From positions 14,818,001-14,882,000 of the forward strand of contig JBHGNT010000007.1 in NCBI GenBank assembly GCA_043228905.1: a DNA stretch of 64,000 nt. Direction: 5' to 3'. A program made the translations under genes and the position numbers. Positions within the stretch are counted from its first letter, which is position 1, and each line of letters starts with the position of its first letter. Positions 1 to 10,995 of this stretch are shown here, piece after piece. The stretch is from Azolla caroliniana (taxonomy: Eukaryota > Plantae > Polypodiophyta). The notes below the pieces were generated by a model, which was not told the DNA's origin, made no database searches, and saw only the letters and a list, made by a program, of their open reading frames with translations.

Positions 1-105
1 AGCCGCATCTCGCTTCACCATCTTCCGTCCGGCTTCCATCACGATTTTTTCCATCATCTCCTCGAAGTCGAAGTCTTCTTCCATCTCCATGCTCCCTTGC
101 CGCCC

Positions 106-123
106 TTCACGTCGGGTTCACCA
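106..123 (-). promoter_or_regulatory. Primer binding site complementary to the tRNA-Trp 3' end
   Basis: + strand TTCACGTCGGGTTCACCA matches the plant tRNA-Trp 3' end including CCA (recalled sequence); 4 nt from the LTR. Confidence 0.8.
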
Positions 124-127
124 AATA

Positions 128-781
128 TGTCACGTTATTACGCGCGTGCGTGTAGAAGGGCGGGACCACGGGGGTCTTGGACTAGGGAGTGGAGGAGAAA
201 GATTAGCTCAAGAGGAGAAGAGAACGAATATGATATTATGATAGAAGAAGAAGATGCAATCAAGATACTCAACAAGAAGTTCTATTAAGAAATGAATGAT
301 TACAACAAAATGGTGGCCGCCGTGGCCGCACCAAACGACTATATGAAAAACCCTAAATGAAAACCCAAGAAGAAAACCCTAACCGAACCCTAACGCTCGA
401 CCTATGTGGTATACCTCGTACACTCAAAATAGGCAACCCCCACAATGGTGCCTTCTCTCTCCTTTTATAGCACAAGGAGGGAAGACCGCTTACAAAGGTG
501 AGACTAAAATATCCCCTTTCATTCAAAGGGGATATTTGCCTTGATTTGGGGGAGGGTGAGATTGATGGCCCCTTAACTCCCACCTCCTCACAAACAACTA
601 GGTACCTATGTACCGCATAGTACCTCTCTCTCTCTCTCTCTCGCGTGGATGTGCGTACAACCACATCACCTTTATACCTTTATTACTATTACAAATACAT
701 TATGTACCTGTGCAACGTTGCACATCGCTCTTTGGCTCTCGTTGCTCGGGTTTCCACTTGTGGACGAAAATCTTCACGACA
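128..781 (-). repeat. LTR of the Trp-primed Gypsy
   Basis: TG...CA termini, adjacent PBS, minus-strand TATAAAA near 463-469. Confidence 0.75.
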
Positions 782-1089
782 ACGTAACAGTGTACAGAGA
801 GAGAGAGAGAGAAAGAGGTCGCTGCCTCTGTAGTAACCGCCGCCTGTGGCGAAGATCGTGAGAAAGAGGTCGTTGCCTCCGTGAACTCACTGTTTGTACA
901 TTCCTACATAGTGATAGTTTACAGCTGTGGGCTGCCGTGGTTTTTCCTTGAGTTTGGGTTTTCCACGTAAACATCCTGTGTACCTTTTCTCTCCTTTGTG
1001 TCGTGTTTTTCCGTTTCCTATTTTCTGTGTATGATTCTAAGCTCGGTTGTGGCCGAGCGTTGTGCATAAGGAGCGTTGAGTTCTCGTCA
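782..1089 (+). repeat. Copia A 5' LTR (3' part)
   Basis: Near-identical to 32940-33252; ends TCTCGTCA and is followed by the PBS. Confidence 0.9.
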
Positions 1090-1091
1090 AG

Positions 1092-1103
1092 TGGTATCAG
1101 AGC
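1092..1103 (+). promoter_or_regulatory. PBS tRNA-iMet
   Basis: TGGTATCAGAGC. Confidence 0.95.
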
Positions 1104-1106
1104 GAA

Positions 1107-4100
1107 ATGACACAGAAAATGGACGAATCGTTTGGTGGCATGTTCAAGCTCACCGGCTCCAACTATTCAGTGTGGAAGTCGAAGATGAGGGACATGCTCG
1201 TGGTTAAAGACCTCTGGCTGCCGGTTCAGTTCGGGGACAAGAGACCGGACAAAATCGACGCTGCGATATGGGAGGTGATGCACATGAAGACAACGGCGTA
1301 CATACGGTGCTTCATCGATATGAGCCTATACAACAACTTCAATGAAGAGAGCAAGGCTAATGAGCTCTGGGAGAAGATAGACATTATGTTTCAAAACAAA
1401 AATGCTGTTAATCAGGTTTCGGTATTCCGGAAGCTAGTAAGACTCCGGTACCAAGATGGCTACAGCATGGTGGAGCACATGAATTCTTTCCAGAGGCTGA
1501 TACACCAGGAAACGTCATTGGAAGTACCTCTCACCGATGAGGTACTAGTGCTACTCCTGCTCTGTTCCCTCCCGGATAGCTGGGAGACGTTGGTTGTCAC
1601 TTTGGGCAACGCCGGGCCGGAAGGAAAACGGTTATCCCTAGCAAGAGTAAAGTCGAGCTTGCTAGATGAGGAGGCGCGTCGGAAAGATAAAGATACGAGC
1701 TCCGACTCCAAAGCGCTCCTTACCGAATCGGAATGCCGAAGACATAGAAACCGTAGTCCCCAGAACCAGGAGAAGTCGGGGACACGGTCAAAGTCAAGAG
1801 GGAGGCCCACTTGCTTCTATTGCGGCAAGCCGGGACACTTCCAAAAGAACTGTCGGCATTTCCGAAAAGATAAGGAGACCGACGGTACCGATTCGAAGCG
1901 GACCCCGGACCGGAACGGTAAAGACCGGAGGGGGCTGGACCGGAAGGGAACGACGGCAATCGTGGCAAGTGAAGAAGAGTTGATGCTCATCACCGAGGAG
2001 AGTGAGACAAACCTTGCCGGCAACGAGATGACCTGGGTGGTAGACTCCGGAGCATCGTTCCACCTTACCCCGGACCGGAAATGCTTCTCATCCTACTCAG
2101 CCAATGATCACGGCTGTGTCCGGATGGGGAATGAAGGTACATGCCGAATTGTCGGCATAGGAGACGTGTGGCTGTCAACACCATCCAGATACAAGTTGCT
2201 GTTGAAGGATGTCCAACACGTTCCGGAGGTTCGTCTGAACCTGATATCAGCCGGTCGGCTAGATGATGAAGGCTACACGGGTAGCATCCGGAACGGTGTC
2301 ATGAAGTTCAGCAAAGGGAGCCTGATTGTGGTTCGGGCCCAGAAGGTCAACACACTGTACCTGATGAATGCCCGGTTATGTCCCGAAGAAGTGAACGTGG
2401 CATCCGACACTGCCGGTGAGCTGTGGCACAAGAGGCTGTGTCACACGAGCGAGAAGGGGATGAAGAGGCTTGCAGACGACAACCTCATTCCAGTGAAGAA
2501 CGTGCACTTGGAGAAGTGCACTGATTGTCTGGCCGGTAAGCAAAACCGGACCTCCTTCCGACCAAGGCCACCGATGAGACGTAATGCACCACTGGAGTTG
2601 GTGCATACGGATGTGTGTCAAGCAGACACGAAGTCACATGCCGGAGCGTAGTACTTCGTGACGTTCATAGATGACCACAGCCGGAAGTTGTGGGCCACAC
2701 CGTTGAAGACGAAGGATCAGGTGCTATCCATCTTCAAAGAGCTCCACGCGAGAGTGGAAAGAGAAACCGGCCGGAAGCTGAAGGCGGTTCGAGCAGATAA
2801 CGGAGGAGAATACCGGGGGCAGTTTGAGGAGTACTGCCACTCGAAGGGAATCCGGCTCGAATTTACCGTGCCGAAGACGCCGGAACTAAACGGACTGGCC
2901 GAGAGGATGAATCGGACCATAATGGAGAGGGTCTGGAGTATGCTAGCGCATGCAATACTACCCAAGAAGTTTTGGGCCGAGGCACTGTCGACGGCGACAT
3001 ATGTGATAAACAGATCACCCTCAGTACCCTTGGACGGAGACATGCCACAGAGAGTATGGACCGGTAAGGAAGTGTCCTACCGGCATCTGAAGGTGTTCGG
3101 GTGTCTCGCGTACGTGCATGTAGCTAAGGACCGGAGAGGAAAGTGAGATCCAAAGACCCGGCCATGCATATTCCTCGGTTACGGTGACGATGAGTTCGGC
3201 TACCGAGTGTGGGACCTGGTCGACAAGAAGGTATTTCGGAGTCGAGATATTATCTTCATGGAGGACAAGAAGCTCGCCGACTGGGAGTCGGAGAAGAAGA
3301 TAATGAACTCGGAGTCGACCGGTAAGGATCGACTCTACGATGAGCAGACCCAACCGGCAAGAGACCGGTTAGCACTCGAGGGACCAGCCGGTTACGGTGA
3401 GGATACCGAACAGGCTGAAGAAGAAGCAGTGGAAGCTGAAACCGGAACCGGCCAAGACCCCAAATCAGATTTGGATGAAGAGCAAGTGGAGGAGCCGTTT
3501 ACCGAAGCCCGAAGATGGAGATATCCTCTTAGAGAGAGAAGGGCCCCCCGAAGATTTCCAGATGCAGATCATGTTCTGCTGACTGATGAGGGGGAGCCGG
3601 AAAGCTTCGAAGAAGCGAAGGATGACACCCACAACCGCAAATGGTTAAGTGCCATGCAGGACGAGATGGATTCCTTGCATGAGAACCATACGTACGAATT
3701 GGTGGAGTTGCCGAAAGGAAAGCGGGCACTCCGAAACAAGTCGGTGTACAAGTTGAAACCGGGAGATGCCGGCAAACCCCCGGGATACAAAGCCAGGATC
3801 GTGGTGAAGGGGTTCCAGTAGAAAAAGGGTGTGGACTTTGACGAGATATTTGCCCCGGTTGTAAAGATGACCTCCATCCGGACGGTGCTGAGTATAGCGG
3901 CAAGAATGGACCTTGAGGTAGAGCAGCTGGACGTGAAGATGACATTCCTTCACGGCGACCTCGAAGAGGAGATCTACATGCAGCAACCGGAAGGATTTGT
4001 GGAGAAAGGGAAGGAGCACCTGGTATGCCGGTTGAAGAGGAGCCTGTACGGACTAAAGCAGGCTCCCCGACAATGGTACCGGAAGTTCGATTCCTTCATG

Positions 4101-4656
4101 ACGATCAAGGGTACCACAAGACGCAGGCCGATCACTGCGTGTTTGTGAAGAAGTTCGAAGCAGGCGACTTCCTGATACTCCTTCTGTACGTGGATGACAT
4201 GTTGATCGTCGGACGTGACCAAGTCAAAATACGGATGCTGAAGAAGGCTCTCAACCGGACCTTCTCAATGAAAGACTTGGGTTCGGCAAGATAGATGCTG
4301 GGGATACAAATCGTTCGGGACCGATCAAAGAAGCAATTATGGCTGTCACAGGAGAAGTACGTGACAAAGGTGCTTCACCGGTTCAACATGTCAGAAGCGA
4401 AACCGGTCGGATCGACACTTTCGGCAAACTGCAGGCTATCCGGTAAGCAAATCCCGAAGACGAAAGCAGAGAAGGCGGATATGATGAAGATTCCATATGC
4501 CTCTGCCGTCGGGAGCTTGATGTATGCAATGGTGTGTACCCGACCGGATATAGGATATGCAATCGGAGTGGTGAGCCGGTTTATGAGCAATCCCGGCAAG
4601 GAGCATTGGAACGCTATCAAATGGATACTCCGGTATTTGAAGGGCACTTCAAATAT
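1107..4656 (+). pseudogene. gag-pol: Copia A gag-pol (gag, CCHC, protease, integrase, RT) with stops and a frameshift, cut by the DNA transposon
   Basis: CFYCGKPGHFQKNC, WVVDSGAS, VHTDV..ADNGGEY..AE, LLYVDDML. Stops at 2651, 3146, 3821, 4294; frameshift near 4105. Confidence 0.93.
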
Positions 4657-4681
4657 GGGTAAAAGCATGCGAGTGAAAACA
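4657..4681 (+). repeat. Left TIR
   Basis: GGGTAAAAGCATGCGAGTGAAAACA. Confidence 0.88.
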
Positions 4682-4907
4682 CTATTATAGCTAATTAGCT
4701 ACTAAAATGGCCATAGCTAATTAGCTATTTGTTTAGCTAGTCTTTTTTGTGGGAAAATCAAATATTTGAAAAACTAATTTATGAAAAAACTCAAATATTT
4801 GAACTTCTGTTTCAGACGTAGTGGAACTTGGGGAATATCACCATCATCTAAGGTCGACTTCAATGTCATCAATTTCTTGTTTAGCCTAAGTCTGATTTTG
4901 AACGCAG

Positions 4908-5162
4908 ATGGAGTACTCAGAGCACGAACGCAGACGTAGCTCCCGCAACAGCAAAAAATCGACATTGCAGATTGAGAGCTACAACACAACCCGCTCGATC
5001 ATCGTCCAGGTATGTTTCAGTTACAGAAACCCCAAACATTTGTTTTTTCTTTTTGACTACTGTCTGAACTTTGGTGCCGATTCATATTTCCCCAAAATCG
5101 AATAGGGCGAAGTCCTTGGAGTCCCATACAAGGATGTCTCGCAAATCGGGGAGTAGCAACAG
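4908..5162 (+). CDS. Putative first exons of the transposon cargo gene (4908-5009, 5106-5162)
   Basis: ATG at 4908, CAG|GTATG at 5010, TAG| at 5105, CAG|GTGTG at 5163, followed by T-rich intron-like DNA. Frame and start are uncertain. Confidence 0.35.
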
Positions 5163-5209
5163 GTGTGTTTATATTAGTTTTTTTGTGTTTAATCCTGTCT
5201 TTAGTGATG

Positions 5210-5500
5210 ATTGGGGTTTCTGATTGAAATTTCTGATTAGGGTTTTTGTTTATAAATTTCTTATTAGAATTTCTGATTAGGGTTTGTGATTGAAATTTCT
5301 GATTAGGGTTTTTGATTATAAATTTCTGATTAGAATTTCTGAATAGGGTTTCTGGTTACAAATTTTGATTACAAATTAGAATTTCTGAATAGGGTTTTTG
5401 TTTATAAATTTCTGCTTAGGATTTCTGATTAGGGTTTGTGATTGAAATTTTTGATTAGGGTTTCTGATTGAAATTTCTGATTAGGGTTTTTGATTATAAA
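5210..5500 (+). repeat. Degenerate ~20-bp tandem repeat (AAATTTCTGATTAGGGTTT) with telo-box-like core
   Basis: Repeated TTCTGATTAG(G/A) units, truncated by the LTR at 5501. Confidence 0.8.
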
Positions 5501-6175
5501 TGTTGGGATATCGGTCCCTCCGGATAGGATGTCCGGAGATGAATGACGGCAAGCCCGGTTACGGCTACGGAGCCGGATGATGAAGACCCGGCTACGGAGC
5601 CGGATGATGAAGACCCCGGCTACGGAGCCGGATGATGAAGACCCGGTTACGGAGCCGGATGATGAAGACTCGGCTACGGAGCCGGATGATGAAGACCCCG
5701 GCTACGGAGCCGGATGCAGGGACATATTTGTGAATATGTTTGCCAAGGGCCCTTGAGGCTATATTTGTAAATAGCCCGAAAGTCATATGTGTATAAATAT
5801 GACTTAGGGCAAACCGTTTTACTGTCGCTACTCATTTTTTCTGTTTTTCCACTCAAGAGGAGTGAAGAGAGAGCAGCCGAGAGAGAGATAGAGCGTGAGA
5901 GACGAGGAGGTCGTTGCCTCTGTGTATTACCGCCGCCTGTGGCGAAGACAGTGAGCTCAAGGTTGTTGCCTTGAAGCTTCACCATTGTACATCTCTGTTC
6001 ATAGTGATAGTTGGAGTCTTGCACTCCCGTGGTTTTTTCCCGTATAGGGTTTTCCACGCTAATCCCTGTGTTATCGTGTCTTTCTCTGTACTTCCCATTC
6101 TCTGCAACAACGATTCGTGTGTTTCCTCGGTTGTGGCCGAGTGGTGAAGGTGAATCGGAGCGTCGATTCGCAACA
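5501..6175 (+). repeat. LTR1, with ~28-bp tandem repeats in U3
   Basis: TGTTG...CAACA; (CCCGGCTACGGAGCCGGATGATGAAGA)n at about 5555-5716. Confidence 0.95.
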
Positions 6176-6205
6176 AAGTGGTATCAGAGCGAGTTGCTGC
6201 AGAAA

Positions 6206-9200
6206 ATGGAAGGCGGCGGCAGCGGACAGCCGGGGATGATGGTGCTGAATGCGCAGAATTACGCCGACTGGAAGATCAAGATGGAGGATCTTCTGATTGT
6301 TCGGGACCTGTACGAACCGATTGACAGGTCGGAAATACCGAAGGGGGTACTTGAGACGGAATGGAGGCTTCTGAACCGGAAAGCCGTTGCAACCATTCGG
6401 CAATACGTCGACGTGAGCGTTCTACAACATGTGGCGAACGACACCAACGCATATGAGATGTGGCGGAAGCTGTCGGGTCTCTACGAGAGGAAGAATGCGT
6501 TGAACCGGACCTCCCTGATGAGGAAGATAGTGAACCTCAAGTACCGCGACGGCGAGAGTATGGTGGAACACGTAAGCACGTTCATGGGATTTGTGAACCA
6601 GCTTGCGGCGATCAAGTTCCCGTTGGAGGATGCAATGCAAGCCATCATTCTGATGTGTACACTGCCGGAAAGCTGGGAGAACTTGGTGGTGACTCTCAGC
6701 ACCTCCTGCACCGAAGATAACTTGTCTCTACAAACGGTAAAGACAAGTATTTTGAACGAAGAAGCGCGTCGGAGAGATAAAGAACCGGCCTCCGACTCGA
6801 AGGCGCTGCTTACCGAATCGGAACGGGGAAGACAATGGAACCGGAGTCTGCAAAGACGGGAGAAGTCGGGGACCCGGTCGCAGTCAAGAGGAAGACCCAC
6901 ATGCTTCCACTGTGGGAAGCCGGGGCACTTCCGGAAGAATTGTCGGCATTACCGAAAAGACAACGGAGCCGACGACACCGATTCGAAGAAGTCACCGGAG
7001 AGAAACGGTGCATACCGGGGAGCCACGGACCGGAGAGGTCCGGATCGGCGAGGGCAGGACCGGAAAGGAACGACGGCACTCGCGGCAAGTGAAGAAGAGA
7101 TAATGCTCATTACTGAAGAGAGGGAGCTGAACCTTGCCGGTGAAGAGATGACCTGGGTGGTTGATTCCGGAGCGTCGTTCCACCTGACCCCGGAGAAGAA
7201 ATACTTCTCATCCTACACAGCCGGGGAGCACGGCTGTGTCCGGATGGGAAATGAAGGTACATGCCGGATTGCCGGCATAGGAGACGTGTGGCTGATGACA
7301 TCAACCGGATGCAAGATGCTGCTGAAGGATGTCCGACACGTTCCGGAGGTTCGATTGAACCTGATTTCGGCCGGGAGGCTAGACGATGAAGGCTACACGG
7401 GTAGCATCCGGAACGGTGTTATGAAGTTCAGCAAAGGGAGCCTGATAGTGGCTCGGGCCCGGAAAGTCAACACACTGTACCTTATGAATGCCCGGTTGTG
7501 TCCGGAAGAGTTGAACGTGGCAGCCGACACTGCCGGTGAGCTGTGGCACAAGACACTGTGCCACATGAGTGAGAAGGGGATGAAGAGGCTTGCAGAAGAC
7601 AACCTCATTCCAGTGAAGCATGTGCACCTGGAGAAGTGCACCGATTACCTGGCCGGTAAACAGAACCGAACCTCCTTCCACTCAAGGCCACCGACGAGAC
7701 GTAGTGCACCATTGGAGTTGGTGCACACTGATGTGTGTCAGGTAGAAACGAAGTCACATGGCGGAGCCCAGTACTTCGTAACATTCATAGATGACCACAG
7801 CCGGAAGCTGTGGACGGCACCGTTGAAGACAAAGGATCAAGTATTGTCCGTCTTCAAAGAACTCCACGCAAGAGTGGAAAGAGAATCCGGCAAGAAGCTG
7901 AAAGCACTACGAGCGGATAATGGAGGAGAATACCGAGGGCAGTTCGCGGAGTATTGCCGTTCGATGGGAATCTGGCTCGAGTTCACTGTGCCGAAGACGC
8001 CGGAACTGAACGGGCTGGCCGAGAGGATGAACCGGACCATAATGGAGAGGGTCCGGAGTATGCTGGCACATGCGAAATTACCCAAGGGATTTTGGGCTGA
8101 GGCAATGTCGACGGCGACATACGTGATAAACAGATCACCCTCAGTACCTTTGGACGGAGACACGCCACAGAGAGTGTGGACCGGTAAGGAAGTGTCCTAC
8201 CGGCATCTGAAGGTATTCGGGTGTCTCGCATATGTGCATGTGGCAAAGGACCGGAGAGGAAAGCTAGATCCAAAGACCCGGCCATGCATATTCCTCGGTT
8301 ACGGCGATGACGAGTTCGGCTACCGAGTATGGGACCCGGTCGACAGGAAGATATTCAGGAGTCGAGATATCATCTTCATGGAGGACAAGACACTCGCCGA
8401 CTGGGAGTCGGAGAAGAAGATGAAGAGCTCCAAGTCGACCGGTGAGGATCAACTCTACGAGGAGCAGTCCCGACCGGCAAGGGACCGGTTAACACTCGAA
8501 GATCCGGCCGAAGACGGTGAAGAAACAGAACCGGCCGAAGAAGATGAAAATGATACCGGAACCGGCCCTGATCCCGAAATGGATTCGGATGAAGAAGAAT
8601 CGGAAGAACCGGTTACCGAAGCTCCGGAACGGAGATATCCTCTAAGAGAGAGAAGGGCCCCCCGGAGATTTCCGGAACCAGAGCACGTGCTGCTAACCGA
8701 CGAGGGGGAGCCGGAGAGCTTTGAAGAAGCGAAGCATGACACCCATAGCCGCAGGTGGTTAAGTGCCATGCAGGAGGAGATGGATTCCCTGCATGAGAAC
8801 CACACATATGAACTTGTGGAGTTGCCGAAAGGAAAACGGGCACTCCGTAACAAGTGGGTGTTCAAGCTGAAACCGGGAGATGCCGGAAACCCCCCGAGAT
8901 ACAAAGCGAGGATCGTGGTGAAGGGGTTTCAACAGAAGAAGGGCGTCGACTTCGACGAGATATTTGCCCCGGTAGTGAAGATGACCTCCATCCGGATGGT
9001 GCTGAGCATAGCGGCAAGCATGGACCTCGAGGTAGAACAGATGGACGTGAAGACGACATTCCTTCACGGTGACCTCGAGGAAGAGATCTACATGCAGCAA
9101 CCGGAAGGATTCGAGAAGAAAGGGAAGGAGCACCTGGTATGCCGGTTGAAGAAGAGCCTTTACGGTCTGAAGCAGGCTCCCCGGCAATGGTACCGGAAGT

Positions 9201-10279
9201 TCGACTCCTTCATGACAGACGAAGGGTACCACAAAACGCAGTCCGATCACTGCGTGTTTGTGAAGAAGTTCGAAGGAGGAGACTTTCTAATACTCCTCCT
9301 GTACGTGGACGACATGTTGATCGTCGGACGGGACCAGGTCAAGATACGGATGCTGAAGAAGGCCCTTCACCGAACCTTCTCAATGAAAGACCTGGGTCCG
9401 GCGAGGCAAATACTAGGGATGCACATCATCCGAGACCGAAAGAAGAAGCAGTTGTGGCTGTCACAGGAGAAGTACGTGACAAAGGTGCTTCACCAGTTCA
9501 ACATGTCCGAGGCAAGACCGGTCGGGTCAACACTCCCGACAAACTGCAAGCTGTCCAGCAAGCAAAGCCCCAAGACAAAGGCTGAGAAGGAGGACATGAT
9601 GAAAGTACCATATGCCTCTGCCGTCGGGAGCTTGATGTACGCAATGGTGTGCACCCGACCGGACATAGGATATGCAGTCGGAGTGGTGAGCCGGTACATG
9701 AGCAACCCCGGCAAAGAGCATTGGAACGCGGCCAAGTGGATACTCCGATACCTGAAGGGCACGGCAAACGTGTGCCTCCGATTCGGCTCCGGTAAGCCCG
9801 AACTCGACGGCTTTACCGATTCGGATATGTCGGCTGATGCAGATACCAGCCGGTCCACATCAGGGTATGTGATGACGTATGCAGGGGGAGCTGTTTCATG
9901 GCAGTCGAGGCTGCAGAAGACGGTTGCGTTGTCAACCACGGAGGCGGAGTACATGGCGGCCGTTGAAGCCGGCAAGGAAATAATATGGATGAAGGACTTC
10001 ATTAGAGAGCTCGGTATCCGGCAGGAGGAGTACCGACTCTACTGCGACAGTCAGAGTGCCATCCACCTTGCAAAGAACGCTACCTACCATTCCCGGACGA
10101 AACACATCCAACGTAGATACCACTGGATCCGGGAAAGGATAGAAGACAAGGAGTTCGTGCTGACGAAGATCCACACGGACGAGAACGGGTCAGATATGCT
10201 GACCAAAGTACTCACACCCGACAAGCTGGAAGCATGCCGGAAGAGGATCGGATTGGAGAGACATCCCATGCCGAATTGA
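6206..10279 (+). CDS. gag-pol: Copia gag-pol polyprotein, copy 1 (open; integrase zinc finger carries C>Y)
   Basis: First ATG after the PBS (MEGGGSG); CCHC, DSGAS, DDE, YVDD, RNase H DSD/EAEY. Confidence 0.95.
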   Translation: MEGGGSGQPGMMVLNAQNYADWKIKMEDLLIVRDLYEPIDRSEIPKGVLETEWRLLNRKAVATIRQYVDVSVLQHVANDTNAYEMWRKLSGLYERKNALNRTSLMRKIVNLKYRDGESMVEHVSTFMGFVNQLAAIKFPLEDAMQAIILMCTLPESWENLVVTLSTSCTEDNLSLQTVKTSILNEEARRRDKEPASDSKALLTESERGRQWNRSLQRREKSGTRSQSRGRPTCFHCGKPGHFRKNCRHYRKDNGADDTDSKKSPERNGAYRGATDRRGPDRRGQDRKGTTALAASEEEIMLITEERELNLAGEEMTWVVDSGASFHLTPEKKYFSSYTAGEHGCVRMGNEGTCRIAGIGDVWLMTSTGCKMLLKDVRHVPEVRLNLISAGRLDDEGYTGSIRNGVMKFSKGSLIVARARKVNTLYLMNARLCPEELNVAADTAGELWHKTLCHMSEKGMKRLAEDNLIPVKHVHLEKCTDYLAGKQNRTSFHSRPPTRRSAPLELVHTDVCQVETKSHGGAQYFVTFIDDHSRKLWTAPLKTKDQVLSVFKELHARVERESGKKLKALRADNGGEYRGQFAEYCRSMGIWLEFTVPKTPELNGLAERMNRTIMERVRSMLAHAKLPKGFWAEAMSTATYVINRSPSVPLDGDTPQRVWTGKEVSYRHLKVFGCLAYVHVAKDRRGKLDPKTRPCIFLGYGDDEFGYRVWDPVDRKIFRSRDIIFMEDKTLADWESEKKMKSSKSTGEDQLYEEQSRPARDRLTLEDPAEDGEETEPAEEDENDTGTGPDPEMDSDEEESEEPVTEAPERRYPLRERRAPRRFPEPEHVLLTDEGEPESFEEAKHDTHSRRWLSAMQEEMDSLHENHTYELVELPKGKRALRNKWVFKLKPGDAGNPPRYKARIVVKGFQQKKGVDFDEIFAPVVKMTSIRMVLSIAASMDLEVEQMDVKTTFLHGDLEEEIYMQQPEGFEKKGKEHLVCRLKKSLYGLKQAPRQWYRKFDSFMTDEGYHKTQSDHCVFVKKFEGGDFLILLLYVDDMLIVGRDQVKIRMLKKALHRTFSMKDLGPARQILGMHIIRDRKKKQLWLSQEKYVTKVLHQFNMSEARPVGSTLPTNCKLSSKQSPKTKAEKEDMMKVPYASAVGSLMYAMVCTRPDIGYAVGVVSRYMSNPGKEHWNAAKWILRYLKGTANVCLRFGSGKPELDGFTDSDMSADADTSRSTSGYVMTYAGGAVSWQSRLQKTVALSTTEAEYMAAVEAGKEIIWMKDFIRELGIRQEEYRLYCDSQSAIHLAKNATYHSRTKHIQRRYHWIRERIEDKEFVLTKIHTDENGSDMLTKVLTPDKLEACRKRIGLERHPMPN

Positions 10280-10289
10280 AGGGGGAGTT

Positions 10290-10965
10290 TGTTGGGATAT
10301 CGGTCCCTCCGGATGGGATGTCCGGAGATGAATGACGGCAAGCCCGGTTACGGCTACGGAGCCGGATGATGAAGACCCGGCTACGGAGCCGGATGATGAA
10401 GACCCCGGCTACGGAGCCGGATGATGAAGACTCGGTTACGGAGCCGGATGATGAAGACCCGGCTACGGAGCCGGATGATGAAGACCCCGGCTACGGAGCC
10501 GGATGCAGGGACATATTTGTGAATATGTTTGCCAAGGGCCCTTGAGGCTATATTTGTAAATAGCCCGAAAGTCATATGTGTATAAATATGACTTAGGGCA
10601 AACAGTTTTACTGTCGCTACTCATTTTTTCTGTTTTTTCCACTCAAGAGGAGTGAAGAGAGAGCAGCCGAGAGAGAGATAGAGCGTGAGAGACGAGGAGG
10701 TCGTTGCCTCTGTGTATTACCGCCGCCTGTGGCGAAGACAGTGAGCTCAAGGTTGTTGCCTTGAAGCTTCACCATTGTACATCTCTGTTCATAGTGATAG
10801 TTGGAGTCTTGCACTCCCGTGGTTTTTTCCCGTATAGGGTTTTCCACGCTAATCCCTGTGTTATCGTGTCTTTCTCTGTACTTCCCATTCTCTGCAACAA
10901 CGATTCGTGTGTTTCCTCGGTTGTGGCCGAGTGGTGAAGGTGAATCGGAGCGTCGATTCGCAACA
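10290..10965 (+). repeat. LTR2, shared central LTR, nearly identical to LTR1
   Basis: Flanked by PPT GAAGGGGGAG upstream and PBS downstream. Confidence 0.95.
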
Positions 10966-10995
10966 AAGTGGTATCAGAGCGAGTTGCTGCAGAAA

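Larger units (their letters stand above)
1..781 (-). mobile_element. 5' end of a Ty3/Gypsy LTR retrotransposon with tRNA-Trp PBS (relative of element D), inserted in the Copia A 5' LTR
   Basis: LTR 128-781 (TGTCAC...CACGACA). Its PBS, AATA spacer and terminal CTTGTGGACG..TCTTCACGACA are shared with the element at 46088-59064. A minus-strand ATG at 90 opens MEMEEDFDFEEMM.., which runs off the window. Confidence 0.8.

Noticed and set aside
6011-6205. 65-aa N-terminal extension of gag-pol in the ORF track (also 10801-10995)
   Set aside because: Starts at TTG inside the LTR and crosses the PBS; the ATG at 6206/10996 is the plausible start
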